DNA from: Acidobacteriota bacterium
Lineage (GTDB): Bacteria > Acidobacteriota > Thermoanaerobaculia > UBA5066 > Gp7-AA6
DNA length: 64,000 bases
Direction: 5' to 3'
Assembly: GCA_046725935.1 (NCBI GenBank)
Contig: JBKOZO010000084.1
Coordinates: forward strand, 13,204 to 77,203
In this document: positions 35,481 through 45,143 of the stretch, piece after piece
Position numbering within the stretch: position 1 is the first letter of the stretch
How the letters are laid out: the number at the start of each line of letters is the position of its first letter
The notes under the pieces: model-generated
Databases searched by the model: none
What the model saw: the letters and a program-made list of their open reading frames with translations, nothing else
What the model was told of the DNA's origin: nothing
Position numbers and translations under genes: made by a program

Positions 35481-36461
35481 TTAGAGCCAACCCGCGCGGC
35501 GGTACCATGCCGCCGTCGCGCGAAGGCCCTCGGCGAGGCCGACCGGCTCGGGCAGATCCAGGGCCCGACGCATCGGGCCGCCGTCGCAGAGCCAGTCCCC
35601 GGCCAGAAGCTCCCGGGCCTTGTCGGCGTTGAACGGCCGGGATCGCCGGGTCAACGCCTCGACCGCCGTCTCCCCGACGCCGAGGAGCCGCACCGCGAGG
35701 CCGGGGACCGAAACCATGCGGGGCTTCGTGCCGGTGGCGCTCGCGACGAGCTTCGCCAGGTCGGCGAGCCGTATCGGCTCGGGATCGGACAGGAAACCCG
35801 TCCTCCCCGCGAGGTCGCGGCGGGACGCTGCCCTCGCGATCGCGAGAGAAACCTGATCAACGCCGACGATCTGGATTCGGGACTTCGCCGCCGGCACGGG
35901 AAGGAAACCCGAGGCCGCCAGGCGAAAGTAAGTCAGGAGGCCCGGATCGCCGGGACCATAGACCACCGCGGGCCGCAGGACGATCCACGGTCCCTTCCAG
36001 CTTCGCGCCAGCGACTCTTCTCCCTCGCGCTTGGAGAGACCGTACCAGGAGACCGGACGCGCCGGGTCCTCGCCGGTGAGGGGACGACCGGCGAGCGCGG
36101 GACCCGCGGCCGCCTGGGACGAGACCAGCACGAACACCGCGTCCGGCGCCGTCCGAGAGGCCGCGGCGATCAGGCGCTCGGTCCCGAGAACATTGACCTC
36201 GCGATACGCGTAGAGGGATCGTGCTTTGAGCAGACCCGCAACGTGCACGATCGCCGCGACTCCCGCGGCCGCGCGCTCGAGCACGCTCGAGTCGGAGAGA
36301 TCGCCCGCGACGATCTCGCAGTCCAGGCCCTCCAGCAGTCCCGTCCGGGCGCGCTGCGGGTCGCGCGCGAGGAGCCGCACCTTCCAGCCGGCGTTCGCCA
36401 GGGCGCGAGCCACGTGGCCGCCCACGAAACCGGTTCCGCCCGTGACCAGCGCCAGCGCCAT
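35481..36461 (-). CDS. NAD(P)-dependent epimerase/dehydratase-family SDR (candidate ceramide/3-ketosphinganine reductase)
   Basis: ATG 36461. 326 aa. Rossmann VTGGTGFVGGHV and catalytic YxxxK (WYGLSK). Confidence 0.8.
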   Translation of the reverse strand: MALALVTGGTGFVGGHVARALANAGWKVRLLARDPQRARTGLLEGLDCEIVAGDLSDSSVLERAAAGVAAIVHVAGLLKARSLYAYREVNVLGTERLIAAASRTAPDAVFVLVSSQAAAGPALAGRPLTGEDPARPVSWYGLSKREGEESLARSWKGPWIVLRPAVVYGPGDPGLLTYFRLAASGFLPVPAAKSRIQIVGVDQVSLAIARAASRRDLAGRTGFLSDPEPIRLADLAKLVASATGTKPRMVSVPGLAVRLLGVGETAVEALTRRSRPFNADKARELLAGDWLCDGGPMRRALDLPEPVGLAEGLRATAAWYRRAGWL

Positions 36462-36519
36462 CGTCGGCTCGAATTGTATTGACTCGGCCGTCCCCGCCGG
36501 AGAGCATTCCGGCAACTCG

Positions 36520-38625
36520 ATGCGCCGCCTCGTCCCCGTTCTCGGCCGATCCCTGCTGGCGTTGCTCGCGACGATGGCGGCCGCGCCGCTCCACGCCGCC
36601 GCCCCGATCCGGCCGCCCGTCGTCGAGTACACGATCGAGGTGTCGCTCGATCCGGCCGCGAAGACCCTGGACGGCAAGGAGCGGCTGGTCTGGCGCAATC
36701 CCTCCAACGACCGTGTCGGGGAGCTGCGCTTCCATCTGTATCTCAACGGGTTCAAGAACACGCAGTCCACCTTCATTCGCGAGTCCGGCGGCCAGCTTCG
36801 ATACGACCGGATGGCCCGGAAGGAGGATGCCTGGGGGTGGATCGACGTCCTGTCGATGAAGACGGGTGGCCAGGACTTAAGGCCCGGCGCCCGATTCATC
36901 CAGCCCGACGGAAACAACCCCGAGGACGAGACGGTCCTCGCCGTCCCGCTCCCTTCTTCGGTCCCGCCCCGCGGCGAGATCACGCTCGAGATCGCCTTCC
37001 GTGCCAAGCTCCCGAGGGTGTTCGCGCGGACGGGCTTCGTCCGCGACTACTTCCTGGTCGGTCAGTGGTATCCCAAGATCGGCGTCTACGAGCCCGGCGG
37101 GATGCGCGGGCGCGCGGAGGGCGGCTGGAACTGCCACGCCTTCCACGCGAACTCCGAGTTCTACGCTGACTTCGGCGACTTCGACGTCTCCTTCGAGGTC
37201 CCGTCGAACTTCGTCGTGGGTGCGACGGGAAAGCGGATAGCGGAGACGCGGAAGGGCAACCGCACGGCCTACCGATACGTCCAGAAGGACGTGCACGATT
37301 TCGCATGGACGGCGGATCCGCGCTTCCTCGTGACCGAGTTTTCGTTCGACCCCGCGCGCGACGTTCCGGCCGGCTGGAGCGCCAAGGCGGCCGAGGAGCT
37401 CGGGATGACTGAGACGGAGATCGCGTTGAAGCCCATCTCGGTGCGCCTCCTGCTCCAGCCCGGGCACGAGGCCGCCCGCCCCCGATACATCCGATCGACG
37501 AAGGAGTCCATCTCGTATTACGGGCTCTGGTACGGCGCGTACCCGTACGAGACGCTGACCATCGTGGATCCTCCGGATGACGGGACGGGTTCGGAGGGCA
37601 TGGAGTATCCGACGTTCTTCACCGGAGGTCTCTCCGCAGCCTGGATGACGCGCTGGCCCTTCTCCGAAGTCCGGGGCGTCGAGGTCGTGACGATCCACGA
37701 ATTCGGACACCAGTACTGGTACGGGATGGTGGGCTCCAACGAGTTCGAAGAATCCTGGCTGGACGAGGGTCTCAACGACGACTCCGAGCACCGCACGCTG
37801 ACGATGGCCTACGGGCCCCGCGACGAGGTCCGCCTCCCCGGAGGCTTCGGCGCGGACTCGATCTCGATCGCGCACGCTGAGTACACCCATCTCGACAACC
37901 TCGACCCGATCCGAAAGTGCGCCTGGTGCTTTTTCTCGGGTGCCTCCTACGGCATCAACTCCTACTACAAGGTCGGCCTGTTCATGGCGCAGCTGAAGAA
38001 CGACCTCGGGGCCCGGTCGTTCTCGCGCGCGCAGCGCGCCTACTTCCAGATCTGGTCCTTTCGGCATCCGAGCACGTCCGATTTCTTCGACGTTTTCGAG
38101 AAGGCCACCGGACGGGACCTGTCGGAATATCGCCGCAACATCGTCGAGGGCACGTCGCGGCTGGACTGGAAGGTCGTGACGGCGAGGTCCCGGCGCACCC
38201 GTGAGCCGGAGGGTGTCTTCGACCGAGCCGGAGGCCGGGTCACGGTCGATGAAAAGGAGACGAAGGGGAAAGACAGACCCGAGACCTGGGAAACGACCGT
38301 CGTCTTCGGCAACGTCGGCGACTGGGCACACGGGGCGCAGGCGCGCCTCGTCTTCGAGAACGGTGTCGTCGTCAACCGCACGCTCCCCGCCGAGGCCCGC
38401 TGGGTCCGTTACCGGATTCCGAGCTACAAGTCCAAGCTCGCCTACGCGGTCGTGGACCCGGACCGGAAAAACGTCTGGGAGTGGAGCTACCTCAACAACT
38501 CGAAGGTCCTCGGGACGGGAAAAGGCGCGGCGAACACCTACGGAAAGCGGGCCGTCGTCAAGTACACGGGCTGGATGGCCTGGCTCTCAGGCGTCTGGTC
38601 GCAATTGTTGTGGGCACTGGCGTGA
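36520..38625 (+). CDS. Exported M1-family zinc metallopeptidase
   Basis: ATG 36520. Signal peptide MRRLVPVLGRSLLALLATMAAAPLHA. Zincin motif HEFGHQYWYG...(18 aa)...WLDEGLN. Confidence 0.85.
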   Translation: MRRLVPVLGRSLLALLATMAAAPLHAAAPIRPPVVEYTIEVSLDPAAKTLDGKERLVWRNPSNDRVGELRFHLYLNGFKNTQSTFIRESGGQLRYDRMARKEDAWGWIDVLSMKTGGQDLRPGARFIQPDGNNPEDETVLAVPLPSSVPPRGEITLEIAFRAKLPRVFARTGFVRDYFLVGQWYPKIGVYEPGGMRGRAEGGWNCHAFHANSEFYADFGDFDVSFEVPSNFVVGATGKRIAETRKGNRTAYRYVQKDVHDFAWTADPRFLVTEFSFDPARDVPAGWSAKAAEELGMTETEIALKPISVRLLLQPGHEAARPRYIRSTKESISYYGLWYGAYPYETLTIVDPPDDGTGSEGMEYPTFFTGGLSAAWMTRWPFSEVRGVEVVTIHEFGHQYWYGMVGSNEFEESWLDEGLNDDSEHRTLTMAYGPRDEVRLPGGFGADSISIAHAEYTHLDNLDPIRKCAWCFFSGASYGINSYYKVGLFMAQLKNDLGARSFSRAQRAYFQIWSFRHPSTSDFFDVFEKATGRDLSEYRRNIVEGTSRLDWKVVTARSRRTREPEGVFDRAGGRVTVDEKETKGKDRPETWETTVVFGNVGDWAHGAQARLVFENGVVVNRTLPAEARWVRYRIPSYKSKLAYAVVDPDRKNVWEWSYLNNSKVLGTGKGAANTYGKRAVVKYTGWMAWLSGVWSQLLWALA

Positions 38626-39560
38626 CGGAACAAAGACGCGCGCCGCTCGCCGCCGGTTTCGCGGCCCTCTCGCACCAGAAGCTGGTGCTGCTGCTCGCCG
38701 CGACGACGGCGCTGATCGGATGGACGGCCGCCATGCCGGCGCTTCCCACTCTGCAGGAGTGGGTTGGGGGCACGCTCGCGGGCGATGCGTTCGTGCGCAA
38801 CCATCCCACACAGGCGCCGGGACTCTTTTTCGATCTCGTCCAGCAGAAGTGGCCGGCCTTCGACGGCATGCGGCGAACCGCCGGATGGATGGGGGCTATC
38901 GGCATCGTGCTGCAGATGTTCTTCGCGGGAGGAATCGTCGCGGTGCTGGGGCGCGGCCGGTTCGGGTTCGGCCAGTTTTTGGAGCCGGCGCGGCGGAACT
39001 TCTGGCACAACGTCAAATGCTTCCTGGTGTTCGCCCCGGTGACGTTTCTCCTGGTCGGCATCTGGGTCGCCGCCACTCTGGCCGGCGGACACAAGCTCTT
39101 CGCAGAGGCGCCTCCCGACGCCCCCGTCCGGACTCTCGTCTGGTGGATCTGCGGCGTCGGGGCGGTCGTGCTCTTCGCCGTCTTGTCCCTTCTCTACGAC
39201 TTCGCCCGCGCCGCGCGCCGCTACGCCGGCATCGGCGCCTGGAGGGGTTACCGCTTCGCCCGGCACGCGCTCTCGGGAGTGGGGTTGCGCGCTCTGGGCC
39301 TCTGGTTCTTCTGGGCAATTCTGGGAGGCGCCGCCGTGGCCGCCGCTTTCGCGCTCGTGTGGGTGCTGCCGGCAACCTCACCCGCCGGAATCCTGGTGAT
39401 GTTCATCCTGCAGCTCGGCGTTCTGTGGCTCCGCTCCGCCGTACGGGTCGCGGCCTGGGGGTCCTACCTGGACTTCCTGGACGGCCGCGCGCGCCACGCC
39501 ATCGCGGCGACGGCGCGAATCCGCTACACGGTCGCGGCCCCGGCCCCCTCGTCTCTCTAG
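38622..39560 (+). CDS. Hypothetical polytopic membrane protein coupled to the M1 peptidase
   Basis: GTG 38622 overlaps the peptidase stop (GTGA). 312 aa with about 6 hydrophobic segments. No family recognised. Confidence 0.6.
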   Translation: MTEQRRAPLAAGFAALSHQKLVLLLAATTALIGWTAAMPALPTLQEWVGGTLAGDAFVRNHPTQAPGLFFDLVQQKWPAFDGMRRTAGWMGAIGIVLQMFFAGGIVAVLGRGRFGFGQFLEPARRNFWHNVKCFLVFAPVTFLLVGIWVAATLAGGHKLFAEAPPDAPVRTLVWWICGVGAVVLFAVLSLLYDFARAARRYAGIGAWRGYRFARHALSGVGLRALGLWFFWAILGGAAVAAAFALVWVLPATSPAGILVMFILQLGVLWLRSAVRVAAWGSYLDFLDGRARHAIAATARIRYTVAAPAPSSL

Positions 39561-40741
39561 CGACCCACCCAGTCGGCGAAGCGCCGCACGCCCTCACGGA
39601 TCCGGTCCCGGCTGCTGGAGAAGGAGAAGCGCACGCAGCGGTCGTCGCCGAAGGCGTCGCCGGGCACGACGGCGACGTGCGCCTCGGCGAGGAGTTTGTC
39701 GCAGAAGCCGACCGAGCCGTTCACATCCTTGCGCGCGTAGAGCGCCGAGACGTCGGGAAACGCGTAGAAGGCGCCCTCGGGCGTCGGGCAGCGCAGGCCC
39801 GGGACGGCCGACAGGCCTTCCACCATCACGGCGCGGCGGGCGACGTACCGCTCGAGCATCTCGTCCACGGACGAACGCGAGCTCTCCAGGTCCGTCAACG
39901 CCTCGAGCACCGCCGCCTGCGAGATCGAGGAAGCGTTCGAGGTCGTGTGACTCTGATAGGACGTCATCGCGGTCACCAGAGCCGGAGCACCGACGGCCCA
40001 GCCGAGGCGCCACCCCGTCATCGCGAACGTCTTCGACGCCGCCCCGGTGACGACGATGCGCTCGTACCGCGGGAACAGCGCCGCGGCCGAAGCGTGCCGC
40101 CGCCCGTCGTAGACGAAGCGGTCGTAGGTCTCGTCGTAGATCAGCCAGGCGTCTCGCGCCGCGCACCACTCGACGATCCGCGACAGCTCGTCGGCTCCCA
40201 CGACGGCGCCGGTCGGGTTGTTCGGAGTATTGAGGATGACGCCCCGGACGCCCGGCGCCACCTCGAGGGCCGCGGCCGTGGCGTGCCACCCCGCCTCCAG
40301 CGGTGTGTCCACGAAGACCGGGCGCACCCCGGTCAGGCGCAGCATCTCCGGGAACGAGACCCAGTAGGGCGAAAAGAGCGCGACGGCGTCCCCGTCGTCG
40401 AAGATCGCCTGGCAGACGTTGAAGACCGCCTGCTTGGCGCCGGCGGTGACGATGACGTTCTCGCGCCGGACGGGAGCGTTCTGCTCCCGGACGTACTTGG
40501 CCGCGATCGCGTCGCGCAGGGCCGCCTCCCCCGCCACGTCGGTGTACTTGGTGCGTCCGTTCTGGATGGCCTTGATCCCGGCGCGGCCGACGTGATCGGG
40601 TGTTCCGAAGTCGGGCTCCCCGATCGAGAAATCCACGACGTCCACGCCCGACGATGCCAGGGCGCGCGCCTTCTTGGCCGTGGCCGTGGTCGACGACGGC
40701 GTCAGGGCGGAGATCCGCCGCGAGAGCCGGGCCCCGCTCAA
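39557..40741 (-). CDS. Class I/II PLP aminotransferase (aspartate/aromatic type)
   Basis: TTG 40741 overlaps the upstream stop (TTGA). 394 aa. Motifs FSIGEPDF, NTPNNPTG, PLP-lysine GAASKTFAMTGWRLGW, R-containing CVRFSF. Confidence 0.9.
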   Translation of the reverse strand: MSGARLSRRISALTPSSTTATAKKARALASSGVDVVDFSIGEPDFGTPDHVGRAGIKAIQNGRTKYTDVAGEAALRDAIAAKYVREQNAPVRRENVIVTAGAKQAVFNVCQAIFDDGDAVALFSPYWVSFPEMLRLTGVRPVFVDTPLEAGWHATAAALEVAPGVRGVILNTPNNPTGAVVGADELSRIVEWCAARDAWLIYDETYDRFVYDGRRHASAAALFPRYERIVVTGAASKTFAMTGWRLGWAVGAPALVTAMTSYQSHTTSNASSISQAAVLEALTDLESSRSSVDEMLERYVARRAVMVEGLSAVPGLRCPTPEGAFYAFPDVSALYARKDVNGSVGFCDKLLAEAHVAVVPGDAFGDDRCVRFSFSSSRDRIREGVRRFADWVGR

Positions 40742-41940
40742 GCGCGCCCCTGCCAGGACCGGGCGAACGCGTGGAAGGCCCGCAGCTTCTTCTTTCCGGT
40801 GACGACGAGGCCGACCTCCAGCGCGATCCAGGCGCCGTACACAAACAGCATGTGGTGCCGGAGGGAGGGCACGGCGAACTGGACGACCCAAAGCGCGAAG
40901 AGTCCGGTGGCCTCGATGGCCTCGAAGCTCATCGACGCGAGGAAGAGCCAGCCCAGGAACGCCTGGAGAATCGTCAGAAGGATCTCCAGCCGCTGGAACT
41001 CGTCGAACGGCAGGGACGACGTGTCGCCATGGCTCCAACAGTAGATCACCGCGAGCAGCCCCGAAAGCACGCCCCACTGGTTGATGTTCGAGGAAACCAT
41101 GTTCATCAGCGCGACCGGCGCGCGCGTGATGCGCCGGGCCCAGGCGAACGCCGAGGTCTTCTCCGGGAACTCCGAGATGAAGGGCGCGACCCACTGGATG
41201 AAGACGAATTGCGAGAACCCCAGGCTCACCGCGACCGCCAGCATCGAGTTCAAGAACGGCTCGGCGACGACGAATATGACGGCTCCGCCCACGGCGAAGA
41301 GTCCCAGCACGGCCGCCCAGCGCTTCCAGCCCGCGAAGGACAGCGCCCAGCGGGAGACTCTCGGAATTTCCTCACTCTCCTCCTCGGTGTCCGCGCGCGG
41401 CGGGAGACGCAGGAGCACGATCAGGTAGACCACGTAGGTCGTGGTCAGCACCGCGGCGTCGATCAAGCCGAGACTGGCCTTTGCCCAGACGATCAAGAAG
41501 TAGAGGAGCGGAGGAAGAAGACCGACGACCTCGACGGCGTGGTCGTCGTGGAGGTGAATGGCGCCGAGCTTCTTCCCGCGTTTCTGGCGCGACGAGAACG
41601 CCGCGACCGCGTAAATCATGGGCCATCCGAAGCCGGTCAGAAGCCGCAAGCTCCCCGTGAAATTGGCGATGGCGAGGTGAACCATGTCGGGGTTCTTTCC
41701 CGCCTTCCAGGCGATGACGGCTTCGACGGCGAACTCGGGCATCGTCTGGATCAGGGCCAGGATCGCCAGCGCGAGACCCTGCGAGATCAGGAACTCGGCT
41801 GCTTCCGCGCCCCAGGCCACGATGAACGCGGCCGCGATCATCGCGGGGAATGTCCACAGCGCCGACCACGGCGTGGCCGCGTGGCCCCCGTGCTCGACGA
41901 TCGGCGCGAGCCTCGAGGCGCCGCGCAACCACTTCATCAT
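40738..41940 (-). CDS. CaCA-like (sodium/calcium exchanger-type) membrane protein
   Basis: 400 aa, two hydrophobic halves each with an alpha-repeat-like PE motif (IQTMPEFAVEA; APFISEFPEKT), separated by an acidic loop. Confidence 0.6.
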   Translation of the reverse strand: MMKWLRGASRLAPIVEHGGHAATPWSALWTFPAMIAAAFIVAWGAEAAEFLISQGLALAILALIQTMPEFAVEAVIAWKAGKNPDMVHLAIANFTGSLRLLTGFGWPMIYAVAAFSSRQKRGKKLGAIHLHDDHAVEVVGLLPPLLYFLIVWAKASLGLIDAAVLTTTYVVYLIVLLRLPPRADTEEESEEIPRVSRWALSFAGWKRWAAVLGLFAVGGAVIFVVAEPFLNSMLAVAVSLGFSQFVFIQWVAPFISEFPEKTSAFAWARRITRAPVALMNMVSSNINQWGVLSGLLAVIYCWSHGDTSSLPFDEFQRLEILLTILQAFLGWLFLASMSFEAIEATGLFALWVVQFAVPSLRHHMLFVYGAWIALEVGLVVTGKKKLRAFHAFARSWQGRA

Positions 41941-41957
41941 CGGGGGCGGGTTATAGC

Positions 41958-42725
41958 ATGGTCGCCGTGCCGGCGATCGAGTCCGCGTCCAATCCGCTGA
42001 TCCGCGAGATCGCGCGCAGCCTCGACGAACGCACGCACCTGCTTCTCGAAGGCGAGAAGACGATCCTCGACGCCGTCGCCGCGGGGATCACGCTCGAGCA
42101 CGTCCTGCACGACGGCAGCGTGCGGCCCGGCCGGCTCGCCGCGCTGACCTCGGCGCATCCGCGGCTGGTCTCGCGCGCGGTGCTCGAGCGGCTGGCGGAC
42201 TCGAAGACGCCGCAGCACCTGCTCGCGATCGCGCGGCGCCGCGACGTGCCCGTGGCGGAGATCCTCGGCCGGCCGGGTCCGGTCGTGTTCGTCTTCGGGA
42301 TCCAGGATCCGGGAAACCTCGGTGCGATCGTGCGCGTCGCCGAGGCCGCGGCAGGCGCCGGAGTTCTCGGAGCCCCGGGCACGGCCGACTTCTTCCATCC
42401 CCGGGCCGTGCGCGCGAGCGCCGGCAGCGTCCTGCGCGTTCCGGTCTCCGGTCGCGTCTCCTTCGAGCCCTTCGCGGCCGACGCGAAGGCCGCCGGACGG
42501 CCGATCTGCGGCGCGGTCTCGATCGGGGGCGAAGACGCCCTGACGGCTCCGCTCTCGGACCGGTCGGTCCTCGTCGTCGGCGCGGAAGGGGCGGGACTCC
42601 CGGCCGGGGCCTACCGCTTCCTGGACCGGAAGCTCACGATTCCGATGCGTCCGCCGGTGGATTCGTTGAACGCGGCCGTCGCCACGGCTCTCTTGCTCTA
42701 CTCGCCGGCTTTGGCGCGTTTTTAG
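41958..42725 (+). CDS. SpoU/TrmH-family RNA 2'-O-methyltransferase
   Basis: ATG 41958. 255 aa. SPOUT motifs VFVFGIQDPGNLGAIVRVAEAAG, LVVGAEGAGL, IPMRPPVDSLNAAVA. Confidence 0.85.
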   Translation: MVAVPAIESASNPLIREIARSLDERTHLLLEGEKTILDAVAAGITLEHVLHDGSVRPGRLAALTSAHPRLVSRAVLERLADSKTPQHLLAIARRRDVPVAEILGRPGPVVFVFGIQDPGNLGAIVRVAEAAAGAGVLGAPGTADFFHPRAVRASAGSVLRVPVSGRVSFEPFAADAKAAGRPICGAVSIGGEDALTAPLSDRSVLVVGAEGAGLPAGAYRFLDRKLTIPMRPPVDSLNAAVATALLLYSPALARF

Positions 42726-42794
42726 GCGGGTGCCTCCGGGGGCCCCGCGCGTTGCGGGGAACGACCTGTTTCTTCTGCCGGTTTCCGATCCCTT

Positions 42795-43355
42795 TCACTC
42801 GGAGAACACCTCCGCGCGGAACGCCCACAGCCGTGTGCCCGGCGCGCGCCAGTCTCCGGGCGACAGGCCCGCCTTCTCGCACACGGCGTCGAGGAAGCGC
42901 AGGGCGTCGAATCCCCACTCGGTCGCCACCTGGGGAAGGAGCAGCCCGCGTCGCCGCCCTGCCTCGAGAATCAATCCGTCCTGCCCGATCGCGATGTCCT
43001 CGGGACCTTCGATCGGGCGCGCGGGCGTGAGGACCGAGATCTCGATCGTGCACTGCGAGAGCTCCGCGGGCGCGAGCGGCGGAAACCGCGGGTCGTCGAA
43101 CGCGGACCGGATCGCGAACTGGGGCACGATCCGGGTCAGGTCGCCGTCCGGCGAGAGCGTGCCGATGCATCCGCGAAGCTCCCCGAGCTTGCGCAGCGTC
43201 ACGAAGAGGCCGCGCGCATCGCCGAAGGTCTCGGCGCGGTCCGAGTCCAGCCGCGGCGGAGGTTCTCCCGAAAAATGCGCCTCGAGCGCCGCGCGCGCCA
43301 GGTAGAGAAGATCCTTCCGCGCCTGCTCGGACAGAGGCGGAGGGACCTCGCTCAC
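42795..43355 (-). CDS. AMMECR1-domain protein
   Basis: GTG 43355 overlaps the upstream stop (GTGA). 186 aa. Signature GLFVTLRKLGELRGCIG and LLPQVA. Confidence 0.85.
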   Translation of the reverse strand: MSEVPPPLSEQARKDLLYLARAALEAHFSGEPPPRLDSDRAETFGDARGLFVTLRKLGELRGCIGTLSPDGDLTRIVPQFAIRSAFDDPRFPPLAPAELSQCTIEISVLTPARPIEGPEDIAIGQDGLILEAGRRRGLLLPQVATEWGFDALRFLDAVCEKAGLSPGDWRAPGTRLWAFRAEVFSE

Positions 43356-44002
43356 GGGCGGACTCCCGCCGGCGCCGTGGTGCGGAGAAGCGTGGAGAGA
43401 AAATCTTCGACGGCCGCGCCAAACTCCTCGAGCTTGCCCTCGAAGAAGTGATCGGCGCCCGGGATGACGACCAGGTGATGGCGGCCGCCCAGCCATTGCT
43501 CGACGTCCCGCGGAGGGCCGAACGTGTCGCGCTCACCCGCGATGAAGACCGCCGGGGCCTCGGGCACCGGAACCCCACGCCCCGAATCGGTGGAGATCGG
43601 GAGACCCGCCACGATCCACGTCTCGACACGCGGATCGGACGCCGCCGCCTTCAGAGCCGTGGCCGCTCCGAAAGAGAACCCGCCCGCCGCCATGGGAAGC
43701 CCTGCCGCGCGCTCGGCCTCCGCCATGGCGGCCCGAAAATCCTCTACCTCTCCGCGGCCCTCGTCGTAGCGTCCCTCCGAGAGGCCCACTCCCCGGAAGT
43801 TGAAACGCAGCGTGTCGAACCCGGATCGGGCCAGCGATTGCGCGGCCCGATAGACGACCTTGTTGTGCAGCGTGCCCCCGTGCATGGGGTGTGGATGGGC
43901 GAAGACGGCCGAGCCGCGGCGCGGGGCGGCGGACTCCTTCCACAGACCCTCGAGCCTCCCCGCCGGGCCCGGAAACATCACGGTTCGAATCCTGCCGGTC
44001 AC
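43352..44002 (-). CDS. Alpha/beta-fold hydrolase (short, YqiA/DLH-like)
   Basis: 216 aa. HPHPMHGGTLHNKV, nucleophile-elbow-like GGFSFGA, C-terminal ADHFF. Confidence 0.7.
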   Translation of the reverse strand: MTGRIRTVMFPGPAGRLEGLWKESAAPRRGSAVFAHPHPMHGGTLHNKVVYRAAQSLARSGFDTLRFNFRGVGLSEGRYDEGRGEVEDFRAAMAEAERAAGLPMAAGGFSFGAATALKAAASDPRVETWIVAGLPISTDSGRGVPVPEAPAVFIAGERDTFGPPRDVEQWLGGRHHLVVIPGADHFFEGKLEEFGAAVEDFLSTLLRTTAPAGVRP

Positions 44003-44068
44003 TTTTGCGAATCGCCCGTCTCATCGTATCCTTCCCGCCGTCCTGCCTTAATCGAACAGGAGACCGGG

Positions 44069-45130
44069 ATGAATAAGATCGTCCACATCGTCGGGACGGG
44101 CACGATCGGCGAGCCCTTGATCGGGCTCTTCACCGACTTCGGGAAGTCGCTGGGCGTCGACGAGGTCACGTTCCACAAACGTACGCCCATGACGACCGAG
44201 CGGGCCAAAGTCAATCACCTGATGGAGCGCGGCGCGCGTCTTGCCGTCGACCCCGACAAGGTCGCCGACTTCGAGGCCCTCGGGCACAAAGTCAGCCACG
44301 ACGCCCAGTCCGCCCTCGAGCGCGCCACGGTCGTGATCGACTGCACCCCGGCCGGCAACGAGAACAAGAAGGTCTACGAGAAGATCACGGGCCCCAAGGG
44401 CTTTCTCGCACAGGGCAGCGAGTTCGGGTTCGGCAAGATGTACGCGATGGGGATCAACGACGAGGCCCTGGTCCCCGGGCAGGACCGCTTCCTGCAGATC
44501 GTCTCCTGCAACACCCACAATATCGCCTGCCTCATCCAGACCCTCGGCACCGACGAGTCGGGCGAGCGGATCCTGGACCGCGGCCGATTCGTCTGCATGC
44601 GCCGGGCCAACGACGTCTCGCAGGATTCGGGCTTCGCTCCGGCGCCGTCGGTCGGAAAACACGACGATCCCGAGTTCGGAACGCACCACGCGCGCGACGC
44701 CTCGGCTCTGCTGTCGACGATCGGCTGGAAGCCGCCGATCTTCTCCTCGGCGATGAAGATCAACACGCAGTACATGCATTCCCTGTGGTTCGACATGGAC
44801 CTCTCGCAGCCGATCTCCAAAGAGAAGGTCTTGGCGAAGCTGCGCGCCAACCGGCGGATCGCCCTGACCGAACGGCGCTCGGCGAACCAGATCTTTTCGT
44901 TCGGACGCGACCACGGCTACTACGGCCGCATCCTGTCCCAAGCCGTGATCGCGTCCCCCACGGTATCGGTTCGCGGTGATCGGGAGACCGTCGGCTTCTG
45001 CTTCACTCCTCAGGACGGCAACTCGCTCGCCTCCTCGATCGCGGCGGCGCTCTGGCTGATGGATCCCGACCGCAGCGCGCTCTCGGCCCGGATGGCGACG
45101 CTGGACCGGTTTTTCTTCCACGAAATCTGA
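44069..45130 (+). CDS. Type II (archaeal-type) glyceraldehyde-3-phosphate dehydrogenase-like oxidoreductase
   Basis: AGGAGA before ATG 44069. 353 aa. Motifs VGTGTIGEP, VVIDCTPAG, the catalytic-Cys motif IVSCNTHN (archaeal GAPDH has VSCNTT), and THHARD. Confidence 0.7.
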   Translation: MNKIVHIVGTGTIGEPLIGLFTDFGKSLGVDEVTFHKRTPMTTERAKVNHLMERGARLAVDPDKVADFEALGHKVSHDAQSALERATVVIDCTPAGNENKKVYEKITGPKGFLAQGSEFGFGKMYAMGINDEALVPGQDRFLQIVSCNTHNIACLIQTLGTDESGERILDRGRFVCMRRANDVSQDSGFAPAPSVGKHDDPEFGTHHARDASALLSTIGWKPPIFSSAMKINTQYMHSLWFDMDLSQPISKEKVLAKLRANRRIALTERRSANQIFSFGRDHGYYGRILSQAVIASPTVSVRGDRETVGFCFTPQDGNSLASSIAAALWLMDPDRSALSARMATLDRFFFHEI

Positions 45131-45143
45131 GGAATCCGCGCAC

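Noticed and set aside
42743-42776. Hairpin CCCCGC-GCGTT-GCGGGG followed by a TGTTTCTTCT stretch, considered as a bidirectional intrinsic terminator between trmH-like and AMMECR1 genes.
   Set aside because: The stem is only 6 bp, and the T-rich run is separated from it by 7 nt. This is too weak to call as a feature without energy calculations.
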